A program made the translations under genes and the position numbers. Below the pieces are notes generated by a model. It worked only from the letters and a program-made list of their open reading frames with translations, searched no databases and was not told the origin of the DNA. Below, one piece after another: positions 36,405-45,018 of a stretch of 64,000 nt of DNA; within the stretch, counting starts at the first letter, position 1, and the number at the start of each line of letters is the position of its first letter. This DNA is from Candidatus Limnocylindrales bacterium (lineage in GTDB: Bacteria; Chloroflexota; Limnocylindria; Limnocylindrales; CSP1-4): contig JBCLCL010000006.1 of NCBI GenBank assembly GCA_038915815.1, positions 279 through 64,278 on the forward strand, read 5' to 3'.

Positions 36405-36608
36405 GTTCTTCCCAGCAGGACAAACGCGCGATTCGCCACGCTCGAGGGTGGCCGGCAGGGCGCGAACCGCTCATCGCGCGCCCATCTGGCCTCGTTTCGT
36501 GGTCAGGGGAGCGGTTTGCCAGCGTCGATCGGGGGTTTGGGAGCTCCTGCCGGCGTTCAGCAGCGTCCCAGTGCCCCGATCGACGTAGTCTGTTCTCCCG
36601 GGAAGAAC
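36405..36608. other. 204-bp intergenic element bounded by the same inverted AT-rich 18-nt motifs (copy B)
   Basis: The left end is GTTCTTC-CCAGC-AGGACA (36405-36422). The right end is TGTTCT-CCCGG-GAAGAAC (36591-36608). It lies in a 440-bp gap between convergent genes. Confidence 0.6.
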
Positions 36609-36684
36609 ACACGCCGTCTGCGCACCTGCTCACGCTGCATCCCTGTCTCGTTGCGATTCGGGCCGGCGGCCCGAGGCGCTGGCC

Positions 36685-37121
36685 TCAGGCCACCGCCGAG
36701 ACGATCGAGACGACCGCAAAGCCCCCGATCGTGACTCCGGACGCGAGGTTGGTCCGCCGGATCCAGCTCGGCGTCACCCGCGTCCGCACGGCCGACACCG
36801 TGGACGTGAGCGGCACCCACCAGGCGCTCGAGCATGTGGCGAGCTTCGTGCCGTGTTCCAGGCCAGCCAGAGCAGGAAGATCCCACCAGCGAGGGCGAGG
36901 CCCTGGCGCGCATCCACCAGGACCTGGCTGATCGCCCCGAGCCCGAAGGCCGCGATCGCACCGTAGGTGGCATCGGCTGTCGCGACGCCCAGGCCGGACA
37001 CCAGCCCCACGATGCGACCCTCGGCCAGCGTCCTCCGGATGACGAGCAGGCTGATCGGACCGACGGCAGCGGCGATCGTGAAGCCGAGGATGAAGCCGCG
37101 AAGCGCGACCCCGGGATCCAT
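36685..37121 (-). pseudogene. LysE/RhtB-family amino-acid exporter, frameshifted and internally deleted
   Basis: The N-terminal frame (ATG 37121 after GGGAGGA) reads MDPGVALRGFILGFTIAAAVGPISLLVIRRTL...WLAWNTAR and is LysE-like, then runs into junk. The LysE-like C-terminus (WWVPL...GVTIGGFAVVSIVSAVA*) is in another frame ending at 36685. The total is about 145 codons, against roughly 200 expected for this family. Confidence 0.5.
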
Positions 37122-37263
37122 CGGTCCTCCCTCTGCAGGCATGGCGGGCGCCTTGTCGCCTGGGACTGGCCATGATCGACCCTCTCGGGTTACTCTCTCG
37201 TCACACAGCGTTCGGCGTGGTGCGGGTCGCCACCCACGCCGGCAAGGTCATCGAGGTACGCGC

Positions 37264-37569
37264 GTGTCCATCAACGAGCCGCCCGTCGCCCTTCCGAAGC
37301 TGTACGGCGCGCCAGCCTACGCCCGCCCGGCCTCGCCGGTGGCGATATCGCCGCGCGCGTTCGACCCGGATCAACTCCCGTTGCAGGTCTACCAGACCGA
37401 GGAGGAGCAGCGGTTCGCGGCCTACCCACAGGCCCGTGCCTATGAGTCGATCAGCAGCGGACTGCATGGCGCCCAGCGCGACCCGGGTGGCAACGGCACC
37501 GGCGGTGGCCTGCGTCCCCGGGCGTTCAACTTTCGGGCGATCGCCGGACGCCTTTTGGGTGGCGACTGA
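37264..37569 (+). CDS. Hypothetical protein (101 aa)
   Basis: Starts at GTG 37264. Third-position G+C is high throughout the frame. I recognise no motif. Confidence 0.4.
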   Translation: MSINEPPVALPKLYGAPAYARPASPVAISPRAFDPDQLPLQVYQTEEEQRFAAYPQARAYESISSGLHGAQRDPGGNGTGGGLRPRAFNFRAIAGRLLGGD

Positions 37570-37620
37570 TCCTGGCCCGCTCGAGCGGGATGTAGCATCC
37601 TCCTGGGCGCGGTACCCGAC

Positions 37621-37697
37621 GGGGGAGTAGCTCAATCGGTCAGAGCGGCGGGCTTATATCCCGCTGGTTCCAGGTTCGAGTCCTGGCTCCCCTACCA
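37621..37697 (+). tRNA. tRNA with anticodon UAU (tRNA-Ile reading AUA)
   Basis: Hand-folded cloverleaf: acceptor GGGGGAG/CTCCCCT (G1-U72), D stem GCTC/GAGC, anticodon stem GCGGG/CCCGC with loop CTTATAT (positions 34-36 = TAT, A37), T arm CCAGG-TTCGAGT-CCTGG, and an encoded CCA. Confidence 0.8.
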
Positions 37698-37828
37698 ATC
37701 CCGGGACCCGGGGTGTACGGTCGTCCAGACGGCTGGTCGCACCCGGACCCCCGTACCATTGCTGCGCCCACGTCTCCGGCCCATCCTCGGCCTGTACCGG
37801 GAGCTTGTCCCGGGCGTGGAGGCGCTGA

Positions 37829-39352
37829 GTGCTGGTCACCATGGGAGACAGGCGAGGGAGGCGAGGCGCATCGTCGTGGGCCAGGGCCGTGGCCGCCGCC
37901 GCGTTCCTGCTCCTGACCCTGGCCCTGCCCGTGGCTGCCACCAGCGGCCCGAACCGGCTCTTCGACCCTGCCGTTTCCCCGCGAACCGGCACGACCACGA
38001 CCGCGATCACCGCTGTCATCTGGTATCGCAGCGCGGACGCCTCCGAAGCCGACTGGGTCCGCGTCAGCTTCGATGGCGTGTCATATGAGATGACGGCCCA
38101 GCCCGGGGGCACCTGGAAGGACGGGATCGAGTTCCGCTGGTCCGGGACCCTGGCAGTCGGTACGGGCGCCGTCGTCTTCTCAGCGCAAGGCCGCGACCAC
38201 TTCTTCGGGACCCTCGCCGCCGGGACGGTCTCGATCGTCGCGCCGACCCCGAGCCCGACCCCGACCCCCACCGTGATCGCGACGCCGGGGCCAACGCCCC
38301 AGGCCGGCGCCACGCCGACGGCGACCCCGAAGGGTCCGGCAGCGGCTGCGCCGACACCGCCCCCGACTGGTGGCCCCGCCGGTCCATCCACGTCCGACCC
38401 GAATGCCAGCCCGTCGGCCGCCGGCACCACCGCGGTCCCCGGACAGCCGGCTCCGGGCGACTCGCCCGTGACGTCCGTGCCCGGCTCCACCGGCGACACA
38501 GACAGCGACACGTCCGTGACGGCAGTGACCGGATCCACCGGCGGCACCGGATCCACCGGATCCACCGGCGGCAGCGGACCCGATGGTCCGTCAGACAGCC
38601 CGACCGGCAGCCCGGACTCGACTGGTTGGGGCCCGGGCGGCGGTCACACGACCTGGGGCCCGCTCACGAGCGCCCTGTCAGCCCTCGGGATCAACGGCCC
38701 ATCGTTCGGCGGACTGAGCATGGGGCCGATGCTCGTCACCTCCACCGGCGCCGTCGCCATGGCGATGGCCTTCGGGATCTTCGGCAAGCGTCGTCGCGAC
38801 GGTGAGCCGCCAGCCCCCGACGTTCTGCTGGCCGCCGCCGCCGCCGCACGTGTCGCGGTCAAGGAGATCCTCGTCGCGCCCGACACGGTCGAAGATCTCG
38901 AGGCGGCGATGCCGCGCTGGCGCAGGCCCTCGCTGATCCAGGCTCGCAAGGCCGACCCGATCCGGGACACCACCCCGACACCGCGGCTTGCCTTCGATCA
39001 GGCGCTGGTCGGTCCACTCGACGGCCACGTCCGTCGTCTGATCCGGTATCGCGTGGTTCGCCTGCTGGACGCACCCGATGAGCTGCGCGGCAGGGAGACC
39101 GGCTATCTCGACCGGGACGACGAGGTCGAGCTGCTCGAGAAGCACGGCGCCTACTGGCTGGTCCACTGCCCGGACGGACGGCAGGGCTGGGTCCACAACA
39201 TGACCCTCGGCGAGGTCGTCGGGCAGCAGGTCCAGCGCGACGGGCCGGTGGCAACGATGCCCATCGCGGCCGAGACCTGGACGATGGGCGACTCGGACGC
39301 CGATACCGATGTCTTCGAGGCCTACCTGGAGTCGCGCCGCCGGGCTACCTGA
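37829..39352 (+). CDS. Single-pass membrane protein: secreted Ig-like N-domain, Pro/Thr/Gly-rich linker, TM segment, cytoplasmic SH3-like C-terminus
   Basis: Has a signal peptide (AAAAFLLLTLALPVAA), a PTPSPTPTPT linker and TGSTGGTGSTGSTGG repeats, a TM segment (GAVAMAMAFGIFGKRRRD), and a C-terminal EVELLEKHGAYWLVHCPDGRQGWVHNMTL that resembles bacterial SH3. Confidence 0.6.
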   Translation: MLVTMGDRRGRRGASSWARAVAAAAFLLLTLALPVAATSGPNRLFDPAVSPRTGTTTTAITAVIWYRSADASEADWVRVSFDGVSYEMTAQPGGTWKDGIEFRWSGTLAVGTGAVVFSAQGRDHFFGTLAAGTVSIVAPTPSPTPTPTVIATPGPTPQAGATPTATPKGPAAAAPTPPPTGGPAGPSTSDPNASPSAAGTTAVPGQPAPGDSPVTSVPGSTGDTDSDTSVTAVTGSTGGTGSTGSTGGSGPDGPSDSPTGSPDSTGWGPGGGHTTWGPLTSALSALGINGPSFGGLSMGPMLVTSTGAVAMAMAFGIFGKRRRDGEPPAPDVLLAAAAAARVAVKEILVAPDTVEDLEAAMPRWRRPSLIQARKADPIRDTTPTPRLAFDQALVGPLDGHVRRLIRYRVVRLLDAPDELRGRETGYLDRDDEVELLEKHGAYWLVHCPDGRQGWVHNMTLGEVVGQQVQRDGPVATMPIAAETWTMGDSDADTDVFEAYLESRRRAT

Positions 39353-40269
39353 CGTCCCGGCGCTTCCTTGCGCAGCACGAGGACGTGCTGGTGGACGATG
39401 TTCGGGACGAACGCCCGCGGATACCCATATGGCCGCAGCCGTGTCCCGGCCTGATACCAGATCAGGTCGCCCTTGGGGACGAAGCCGACCGTCGCCGCGC
39501 GGCCGGCCAGGTCGGACCCGGTGAAGATGTAGCGCCCACCCTGGTAGGCGTCGCGCACGATGACCACGGCATAGCCACCGTCGCGCAGGATGCGGTAGAG
39601 CTCCGCGAAGACGAGCCCCATCCGGTCCAGGAAGGCCGGGTAGTCGGCGGCATTGGCGAGGTCGTCCGCCGAATCGGTGACCATCGCATAGTCCGTCCTC
39701 CGGTTGGCATGCGCCTCGGCGAGCGCTCCCCCGGCCATCGTCATCGGCAGCTGGAGGTTGTAGGGCGGGTCCGTTGCCACCATGTCCACCGATCCGGCCT
39801 CCAGGCGAGGAAGCAGGGCCGACGCATCGCCCACCCGGAGTTCGAGCCCTGCCGGGTCGAATCCCCGAGGACCTCCGGGATCCGCGCTGCCCAGATCGAC
39901 CAGCTCGGGACCCAGTCCGCCCCGTTCGGCGGCCAGCTCGCCGACGACCCGCTGGTAGACCGCAGCCCAGCGCGGATCGAGCTCGATGCCGATGGCACGT
40001 CGCGGGCCGCGCGCGATCGCCGCTCCCAGCAGGGTTCCGCCGACGCCCGCGAACGGGTCGAGTACCAGCTCGCCCGACCGGCTGAAGAACTCGATCAGGC
40101 GCGCCATCAGCCGGGGCGGCTTGTTCGCGCCATGGGCTTTCCGGGCAGCGTGCCCGAGCTCCGACGGATAGGCCGTCGTCAGGAGCGACTTCGTGAAGTA
40201 GAGCCACTCGTCGCCAGGCAGCTCGTTCAGGGTGTTGGCGGGGTGGGGAGGTCGTCGGTCGTCGGTCAT
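39322..40269 (-). CDS. N6-adenine/N4-cytosine DNA methyltransferase (PF01555-like) with permuted motif order; no cognate nuclease nearby
   Basis: ATG 40269. The AdoMet motif KPPRLMARLIEFFSRSGELVLDPFAGVGGT (aa 50-79) precedes the catalytic DPPY (VATDPPYN, aa 167-170). Only the C-terminal 315 aa of the 1186-aa ORF-track entry look real. Confidence 0.8.
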   Translation of the reverse strand: MTDDRRPPHPANTLNELPGDEWLYFTKSLLTTAYPSELGHAARKAHGANKPPRLMARLIEFFSRSGELVLDPFAGVGGTLLGAAIARGPRRAIGIELDPRWAAVYQRVVGELAAERGGLGPELVDLGSADPGGPRGFDPAGLELRVGDASALLPRLEAGSVDMVATDPPYNLQLPMTMAGGALAEAHANRRTDYAMVTDSADDLANAADYPAFLDRMGLVFAELYRILRDGGYAVVIVRDAYQGGRYIFTGSDLAGRAATVGFVPKGDLIWYQAGTRLRPYGYPRAFVPNIVHQHVLVLRKEAPGRQVARRRDSR

Positions 40270-40295
40270 CAGCGAGCAGCCTAGCCCAGCGGGTC

Positions 40296-40387
40296 GCCTG
40301 CGTGGCCGGCTGCGTGGCCGGCTGCGTGGCCAGCCGTGGCCGGCTGCGTGGCCAGCCGTGGCCGGCTGCGTGGCCGGCTGCGTCTCC
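40296..40387. repeat. Tandem array of 12-nt units (GGCTGCGTGGCC) with interspersed 10-nt variants, in a divergent intergenic region
   Basis: The array reads gcctgcgtggcc ggctgcgtggcc ggctgcgtggcc agccgtggcc ggctgcgtggcc agccgtggcc ggctgcgtggcc ggctgcgtctcc. It fills more than half of the 171-bp gap between the methyltransferase and LAL regulator starts. Confidence 0.9.
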
Positions 40388-40440
40388 CCGCCACGAACGC
40401 ACGTCCGTTCCGACTCCCGGCCCGCCCGTAGAATGCCGGC

Positions 40441-43400
40441 ATGCCCGGCAGGTACACGAGCGCGCGGTTCGTGGGGCGCGAAGAGGCCTTCGCGCGGCTT
40501 GCGGCCGCCCTCGACGACGCGGCCCGCGGCCGCGCGCGCTCGATGCTGATCGGTGGGTCGGCCGGCGTCGGGGTCACGCGGCTGCTGGACGAAGCGGTCG
40601 GTCGGGTGGCATCGCTGGCCGAGCCCTTGACGATCCTGCGTGGGGGCGCCTGGCCCGCCGGCGACGACGAGCCCTACGGTCCGCTCATCCGGGCGATCGG
40701 CCCGACCCTTCGGGCTCTCCCGCCTGCCACGCTCGCCGACCGTCTGGGTCCGGCCACACCGGAGGTCCTGCGCCTCATCCCGGACCTGGCCGCCGAACTC
40801 GACGAGGCCGGGGTCGCGGAGCCCCGGGAACAGATCGCGACCGCCCCGGAACGTCGGCAGGCCCGCACGCTCGAGGGCATCCTCGGGTTGCTCGGACGGC
40901 TGGGGGAGCGGCAGCCGGTCGTCCTGATCCTGGAAGATCTCCATCGTGCCGACGCCGCGACTCGGACCCTCGTCACCTTCCTGGCGCGGATCGCGCGCAC
41001 CCAGCGACTGGCGATCATCGGGACGCACCAGCCCGATGTCGTCATGCGCGACGACCCCTGGTCGGCGGATCTGGCGACCGTGGCGTCGGCGCCGCAGCCG
41101 ATCGAACGCTGGACCCTGCCCCCGCTCGATCGGGACGAGCTCGCCGCCCTGATCGAGGGGATCGAAGGCGAGCGAGCGTCGGCCGGTCTCCTGCTGCTCG
41201 TTGCCGAGCGTTCCCGCGGAGAGCCGCTCGTCGCGGAGGAGTTGCTGGCCGCCCGTCGCGAGCTCCCCGACGCCTCGCTGACCGGCTCGTTCGACGACCT
41301 CGTGATAGCGCGCCTGGCTGCCCGCTCGCTGGAGTGTCGACGGGTGCTCCGCCTGGTCGCTGCCGCCGGGCGCCCGTTGAGCGCGATCCAGGTCGCGGCC
41401 GCCGCGGCCGCGTTCGAAGCCGAGACGAGCCGGCCGGCACCGCGCTCTGGTGGCGGGCCACGCCAGGGTGACGGCGTGCTCGGCGCCGATCTGCTGGCCG
41501 GCCGCGCCGAGGCCCTCGACCACGGATTCATCGTGGAGAGCGATGACATGATCGCGATGCGCCACGAATCGATCGGTCGTGCCGTGGAACGTGATCTGCT
41601 GCCGGAGACGCGGGCTCGCCATCATGCCGCCCTGGCGACCGGCATCGGGGGGCCGCCTTCGGCGGTCGCACGGCACTGGCTTGCAGCGCACGACCCGCAC
41701 TCGGCGCGAAGCGCGGCGATCGATGCTGCCGACCTCGCCGCGACTCGCCATGCGGCGGCCGACGAACTCGCCGCCCTGGAACTCGCCCTGGCCATCCCGG
41801 AGGATCGCGAGACGGGCTTTGTACGGCCCTGGGCGGACGCGCCGGCGTGGGATCGGATCGGTCTCCAGGTGCGAGCCTCGGAGGCCGCCTTCGCGGTCGG
41901 GCGGACGGCCCGGGCGACGGCCTATCTCGAGGTCGCCATCGGGGCGCTGGACACCCGCGACGACCGGGTCCGCCTCGCCCTGCTGCACGAGCGGCTGGCC
42001 GCCGTGCGTCGTGCCGCAGGCGATCCGGTCGGAGCGATGCAGTCCGCACGGCGGGCGATCGAACTCATCCCGCGTGGACCCAGCCCGGACCGGGCGAAGA
42101 TCCTGGCGACGCTCGCCCAGTTGCTGATGCTCGACGGGATCTTCTCGGACGCCCAGCGCATCGCCCGGGAGGCGATCGAGGTCGCCCGGGCGTGCGAACC
42201 GGTCGCCCGCCAGCACGAGATCCATGCGATGACGACGCTTGGCGTCGCGCTCGCCTGGGGCAGCGATCCGAGCGCCGCGATCGAGCTCCTGCGTGACGCC
42301 GAACGAGCCGCCCGCGAGATCGCCGATCCTGATGCGCTCTTCCGGGTCACGGCCAACATGACGACGGTCCTCGACCTCGTCGGACGTCGGTCCGAGGCGG
42401 TCGAAGTCGCATACCGCGGGATCGAGGACGCGCGCCGAAATGGCCACGAGGCCATCTATGGCAGCCCCTTGGCCGGCAACGTCATGGAATCGCTGATCCT
42501 GCTCGGTCGCTGGGCCGAGGCCCGCACGCTCAGCGGCCGGGCGCTGGCCTGGCTCCCGGTCGGCGTGGAGTTCCTCATGAGCCTGGTGCAGCTCGCGGCG
42601 GTCGAGATCGAGATCGACGCCGGCGAACGGGCCGCCCGCCTGCTCGGCCGGACGGTCCTCGAGTTCGATGCCCTGCGTGAGCCGCAACTCGCCGGGCCGT
42701 ACTACCTCGCCGCGTCCTCGTATGCCCTGTGGCGCGGCGACGTCGTCGACGCGAGCCGGTCCGTCGAACGCGGTTGGTCCGTGGTGAGTGCCACAGAGGA
42801 GTGGGTCCTCGCGGCTCGGATGGCAGCAATGGTCGCGCGCGTGGACGCCGCGACCGGCGACGAGGCCCTTGAACGCCGGCATCTCGCGCCGCTGGCGGGG
42901 GCGCGCAGCCGGACCGCCGACGTGCTGCGAAAGGCGGCCGCGCTCGTCGAGGCAAGCGGCGCCCCGCCGACCGCCGGTTCACGCCGCGTCGCCGAGGCCT
43001 ACCTCGCCACGGCCGGTGGCTATCAGCGGCGTCTCGAAGGCGACGACGATCCGGCCGTCTGGGACCGGATTGCGACGATGTGGACGGGTCTCTCTGCCCC
43101 GTATGAAGCCGGGCTCGCCCAGTGGCGCCAGGCCGAGGCGACGCTCGGGGGCGGCGCCGGACAAGCCGGTCGCTCCGAGGCCCGCGAGCCGCTACTTGCC
43201 GCGACCCGGGCCGCCCTCCATCTCGGGGCGGCGCCGTTGCTGCGGGCGCTGCGGGAGCTCTCCGGTCGAGCGCGGATCACTCTTCCGGCTGAGGTCGACG
43301 CATTCCTGGAGGCGGCGTCGGGCGCCGCACGCACGGCCATGCCGGTCGACGTCGGCCCGGGGGGTGTTGGCGACGCGGGCCACGACGACGGGTCTACGAA

Positions 43401-43686
43401 CGGACACGGTAACGGGCACGAGCGCTCGGCCCTGGTCCGCACGATCGCGGGCGATGGCGCGACAGCGGGACGTCGGCCGGACACGTTCGGGCTATCCAGA
43501 CGCGAACGTGAGGTGCTGGTGCTCGTCGCCCAAGGCCGGACAAATCGCGAGATCGGCGAGCGCCTCTTCATCAGCCAGAAGACGGTCGGCGTGCACGTCG
43601 GCAATATCCTGTCGAAGCTGGCGGTCTCAGGCCGGGTGGAAGCGGCCGCCGTGGCGATCCGCCTCGGGCTCACCGAACCGGGCTGA
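40441..43686 (+). CDS. Large ATP-binding LuxR-family regulator (LAL/MalT-like: AAA+ NTPase, TPR-like middle, C-terminal HTH)
   Basis: The N-terminus is [11 protein letters not shown]...[15 protein letters not shown] (a P-loop with Val in place of the Walker A Lys). The C-terminus is the Lux[47 protein letters not shown]. Confidence 0.85.
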   Translation: MPGRYTSARFVGREEAFARLAAALDDAARGRARSMLIGGSAGVGVTRLLDEAVGRVASLAEPLTILRGGAWPAGDDEPYGPLIRAIGPTLRALPPATLADRLGPATPEVLRLIPDLAAELDEAGVAEPREQIATAPERRQARTLEGILGLLGRLGERQPVVLILEDLHRADAATRTLVTFLARIARTQRLAIIGTHQPDVVMRDDPWSADLATVASAPQPIERWTLPPLDRDELAALIEGIEGERASAGLLLLVAERSRGEPLVAEELLAARRELPDASLTGSFDDLVIARLAARSLECRRVLRLVAAAGRPLSAIQVAAAAAAFEAETSRPAPRSGGGPRQGDGVLGADLLAGRAEALDHGFIVESDDMIAMRHESIGRAVERDLLPETRARHHAALATGIGGPPSAVARHWLAAHDPHSARSAAIDAADLAATRHAAADELAALELALAIPEDRETGFVRPWADAPAWDRIGLQVRASEAAFAVGRTARATAYLEVAIGALDTRDDRVRLALLHERLAAVRRAAGDPVGAMQSARRAIELIPRGPSPDRAKILATLAQLLMLDGIFSDAQRIAREAIEVARACEPVARQHEIHAMTTLGVALAWGSDPSAAIELLRDAERAAREIADPDALFRVTANMTTVLDLVGRRSEAVEVAYRGIEDARRNGHEAIYGSPLAGNVMESLILLGRWAEARTLSGRALAWLPVGVEFLMSLVQLAAVEIEIDAGERAARLLGRTVLEFDALREPQLAGPYYLAASSYALWRGDVVDASRSVERGWSVVSATEEWVLAARMAAMVARVDAATGDEALERRHLAPLAGARSRTADVLRKAAALVEASGAPPTAGSRRVAEAYLATAGGYQRRLEGDDDPAVWDRIATMWTGLSAPYEAGLAQWRQAEATLGGGAGQAGRSEAREPLLAATRAALHLGAAPLLRALRELSGRARITLPAEVDAFLEAASGAARTAMPVDVGPGGVGDAGHDDGSTNGHGNGHERSALVRTIAGDGATAGRRPDTFGLSRREREVLVLVAQGRTNREIGERLFISQKTVGVHVGNILSKLAVSGRVEAAAVAIRLGLTEPG

Positions 43687-43704
43687 TTCGGGCCCCGGAT
43701 GCCG

Positions 43705-43734
43705 CGAGACCCGGAGGGAGGGCTCCGGGTCTCG
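43705..43734. terminator. Bidirectional terminator-like hairpin (12-bp perfect stem)
   Basis: The stem CGAGACCCGGAG, loop ggaggg and stem CTCCGGGTCTCG lie 19 nt after the LAL stop, between convergent ORF ends. Confidence 0.6.
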
Positions 43735-43796
43735 GTCGGTATCGGGTTCGCCTCCTCCGGATGGGCACCGGTCGAGGCGGCGATGTGGTGGGTCGG

Positions 43797-43898
43797 CTAA
43801 CGCCACTTGATCCCGGCTGCGAGGGTCAGGGCGATTACGACGAGCGGGCCGATGGTGACGGCGAGGCGCCAGGCTCGGGCGATGAGGTCTTTGGCCAT
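43797..43898 (-). CDS. Possible 33-aa single-TM peptide
   Basis: Encodes MAKDLIARAWRLAVTIGPLVVIALTLAAGIKWR. It is the only coherent part of a 318-aa antisense ORF and has no recognised family. Confidence 0.25.
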   Translation of the reverse strand: MAKDLIARAWRLAVTIGPLVVIALTLAAGIKWR

Positions 43899-44096
43899 CT
43901 GGGTGGGCTCCGATCTGATGAGTCTCACAGGACACCACTCCTGGATGAGGTGGAACCCGAGACTAGGGCTGATCCCACGCAGTACAACCGACCCGATGGT
44001 ACTGGTACCCGCGACCCAGCCGTACCATCGACCACCCAGGACCACCCCGGACCACCCGCCCGCGACACGAGCCCGGCGGGCGCGATAGATTGGGGC

Positions 44097-44849
44097 ATGA
44101 CCCAAACCGGCGAGCAGCTCTGCTACACGGACGCCTACCTCCGCTCGGTCGAGGCACGTGTCGCCGCGGTCGAGCCCGGCGAGTCCGGCGAGCCGGTACT
44201 GCTGGTCCTGGACCGGACGGTCTTCTATCCGGGCGGCGGGGGCCAGCCGTCGGATCGAGGTCTGGCGCTGCGGGCACCGGACGGCCGCTCCTGGACGGTC
44301 CGCGGCGCCCACAAGTCGGCCGGCGAGATCGTCCACGAACTCGAGCCTGCCGACGGCGATCCGCCGGCGGTCGGCGATCTCCTTCGGGTGGATATCGACT
44401 GGGCTCGCCGGTTTTCCCTGATGCGGACGCACACCGCCCTGCACGCCCTGTGCGGCGTCGTCTGGCGCGACTACGGCGCGCAGGTGACCGGCGGCAACAT
44501 GGAGCCCGGCTCGGGCCGGATGGATTTCGAGTTCCAGCGGATGTCGGGCGACCTTGTCGATGCCATCGAGGTGGCCGTCAACGTGGAACTGGCGGGCGCC
44601 CGGGAGATCCGCGTCGCGGTCCTGCCGCGGGACGAGGCATTCGCCATCCCCGACCTCATCCGGACCAAGGTCAACCTCCTGCCGCCCGGGATCGAGCGGA
44701 TCCGGACGATCGAGATCGTCGGGCTCGACCTGCAGGCGGATGGCGGGACCCACGTGGCGAACACCCGTGAAGTCGGCGCGATCCGCGTGACGGGCTATGA
44801 GAGCAAGGGCCGGATCAACAAGCGCATCCGGATCGAGCTGGTCAGGTAG
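44097..44849 (+). CDS. alaX: Alanyl-tRNA editing protein (AlaX-M type, Thr/Ala-tRNA synthetase second additional domain)
   Basis: Contains TVFYPGGGGQPSD, the zinc motifs RTHTALHAL and ...ADGGTHV, and a C-terminal KGRINKRIRIEL. ATG 44097 lies 5 nt after the -10-like TAGATT. Confidence 0.8.
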   Translation: MTQTGEQLCYTDAYLRSVEARVAAVEPGESGEPVLLVLDRTVFYPGGGGQPSDRGLALRAPDGRSWTVRGAHKSAGEIVHELEPADGDPPAVGDLLRVDIDWARRFSLMRTHTALHALCGVVWRDYGAQVTGGNMEPGSGRMDFEFQRMSGDLVDAIEVAVNVELAGAREIRVAVLPRDEAFAIPDLIRTKVNLLPPGIERIRTIEIVGLDLQADGGTHVANTREVGAIRVTGYESKGRINKRIRIELVR

Positions 44850-45018
44850 ACGAACGAGTCGTCGAGCCTATTGACAACGGTTCTACGATCGAGGCTGGTA
44901 AGCGGGAGCGGAGGCGATGCCTGCCGGTGAGACAGACACATGGGCCGCAGGTGATCCGGAGGCGTCCATCGGTCGACGCCCATCGGCGTCTCGTCCTGGT
45001 CGGCCATCCTGATGATCC

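Noticed and set aside
35298-37697. tRNA-Pro or tRNA-Ile as integration sites (attB) of a genomic island
   Set aside because: I looked for a direct repeat of either tRNA 3' end elsewhere in the window and saw none. No integrase gene is present.
40296-40387. Possible CRISPR array, because of the regularly spaced short repeats
   Set aside because: The units are directly adjacent 10-12-mers with no unique spacers. There are no cas genes nearby. The whole array is under 100 bp.
40270-42882. The N-terminal 870 aa or so of the 1186-aa minus-strand ORF (39322-42882), the longest ORF in the track
   Set aside because: It is antisense to the well-supported LAL regulator gene. It is Arg/Gly/Pro/Asp-rich with no motifs. 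The methyltransferase has its own ATG at 40269, just before the intergenic repeat array. This is a typical stop-codon-poor antisense frame in G+C-rich DNA.
44871-44900. A perfect TTGACA hexamer upstream of the nine-gene operon, considered as its promoter
   Set aside because: No acceptable -10 hexamer lies at 16-19 nt. The TANNNT match TACGAT is only 7 nt away. I therefore cannot support a promoter call from the sequence alone.
44917-45012. 31-codon ORF (MPAGETDTWAAGDPEASIGRRPSASRPGRPS) with an upstream GGGAG/GGAGG, just before the radical SAM gene; considered as a RiPP precursor peptide
   Set aside because: By my count, third-position G+C is only about half, far below that of real genes here, including the neighbouring radical SAM gene. 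The peptide has no Cys or other obvious modification sites. The enzyme has only a partial SPASM/twitch tail, and the rest of the operon is lipid-like. It is still worth a quick check with Ribo-seq or conservation analysis.
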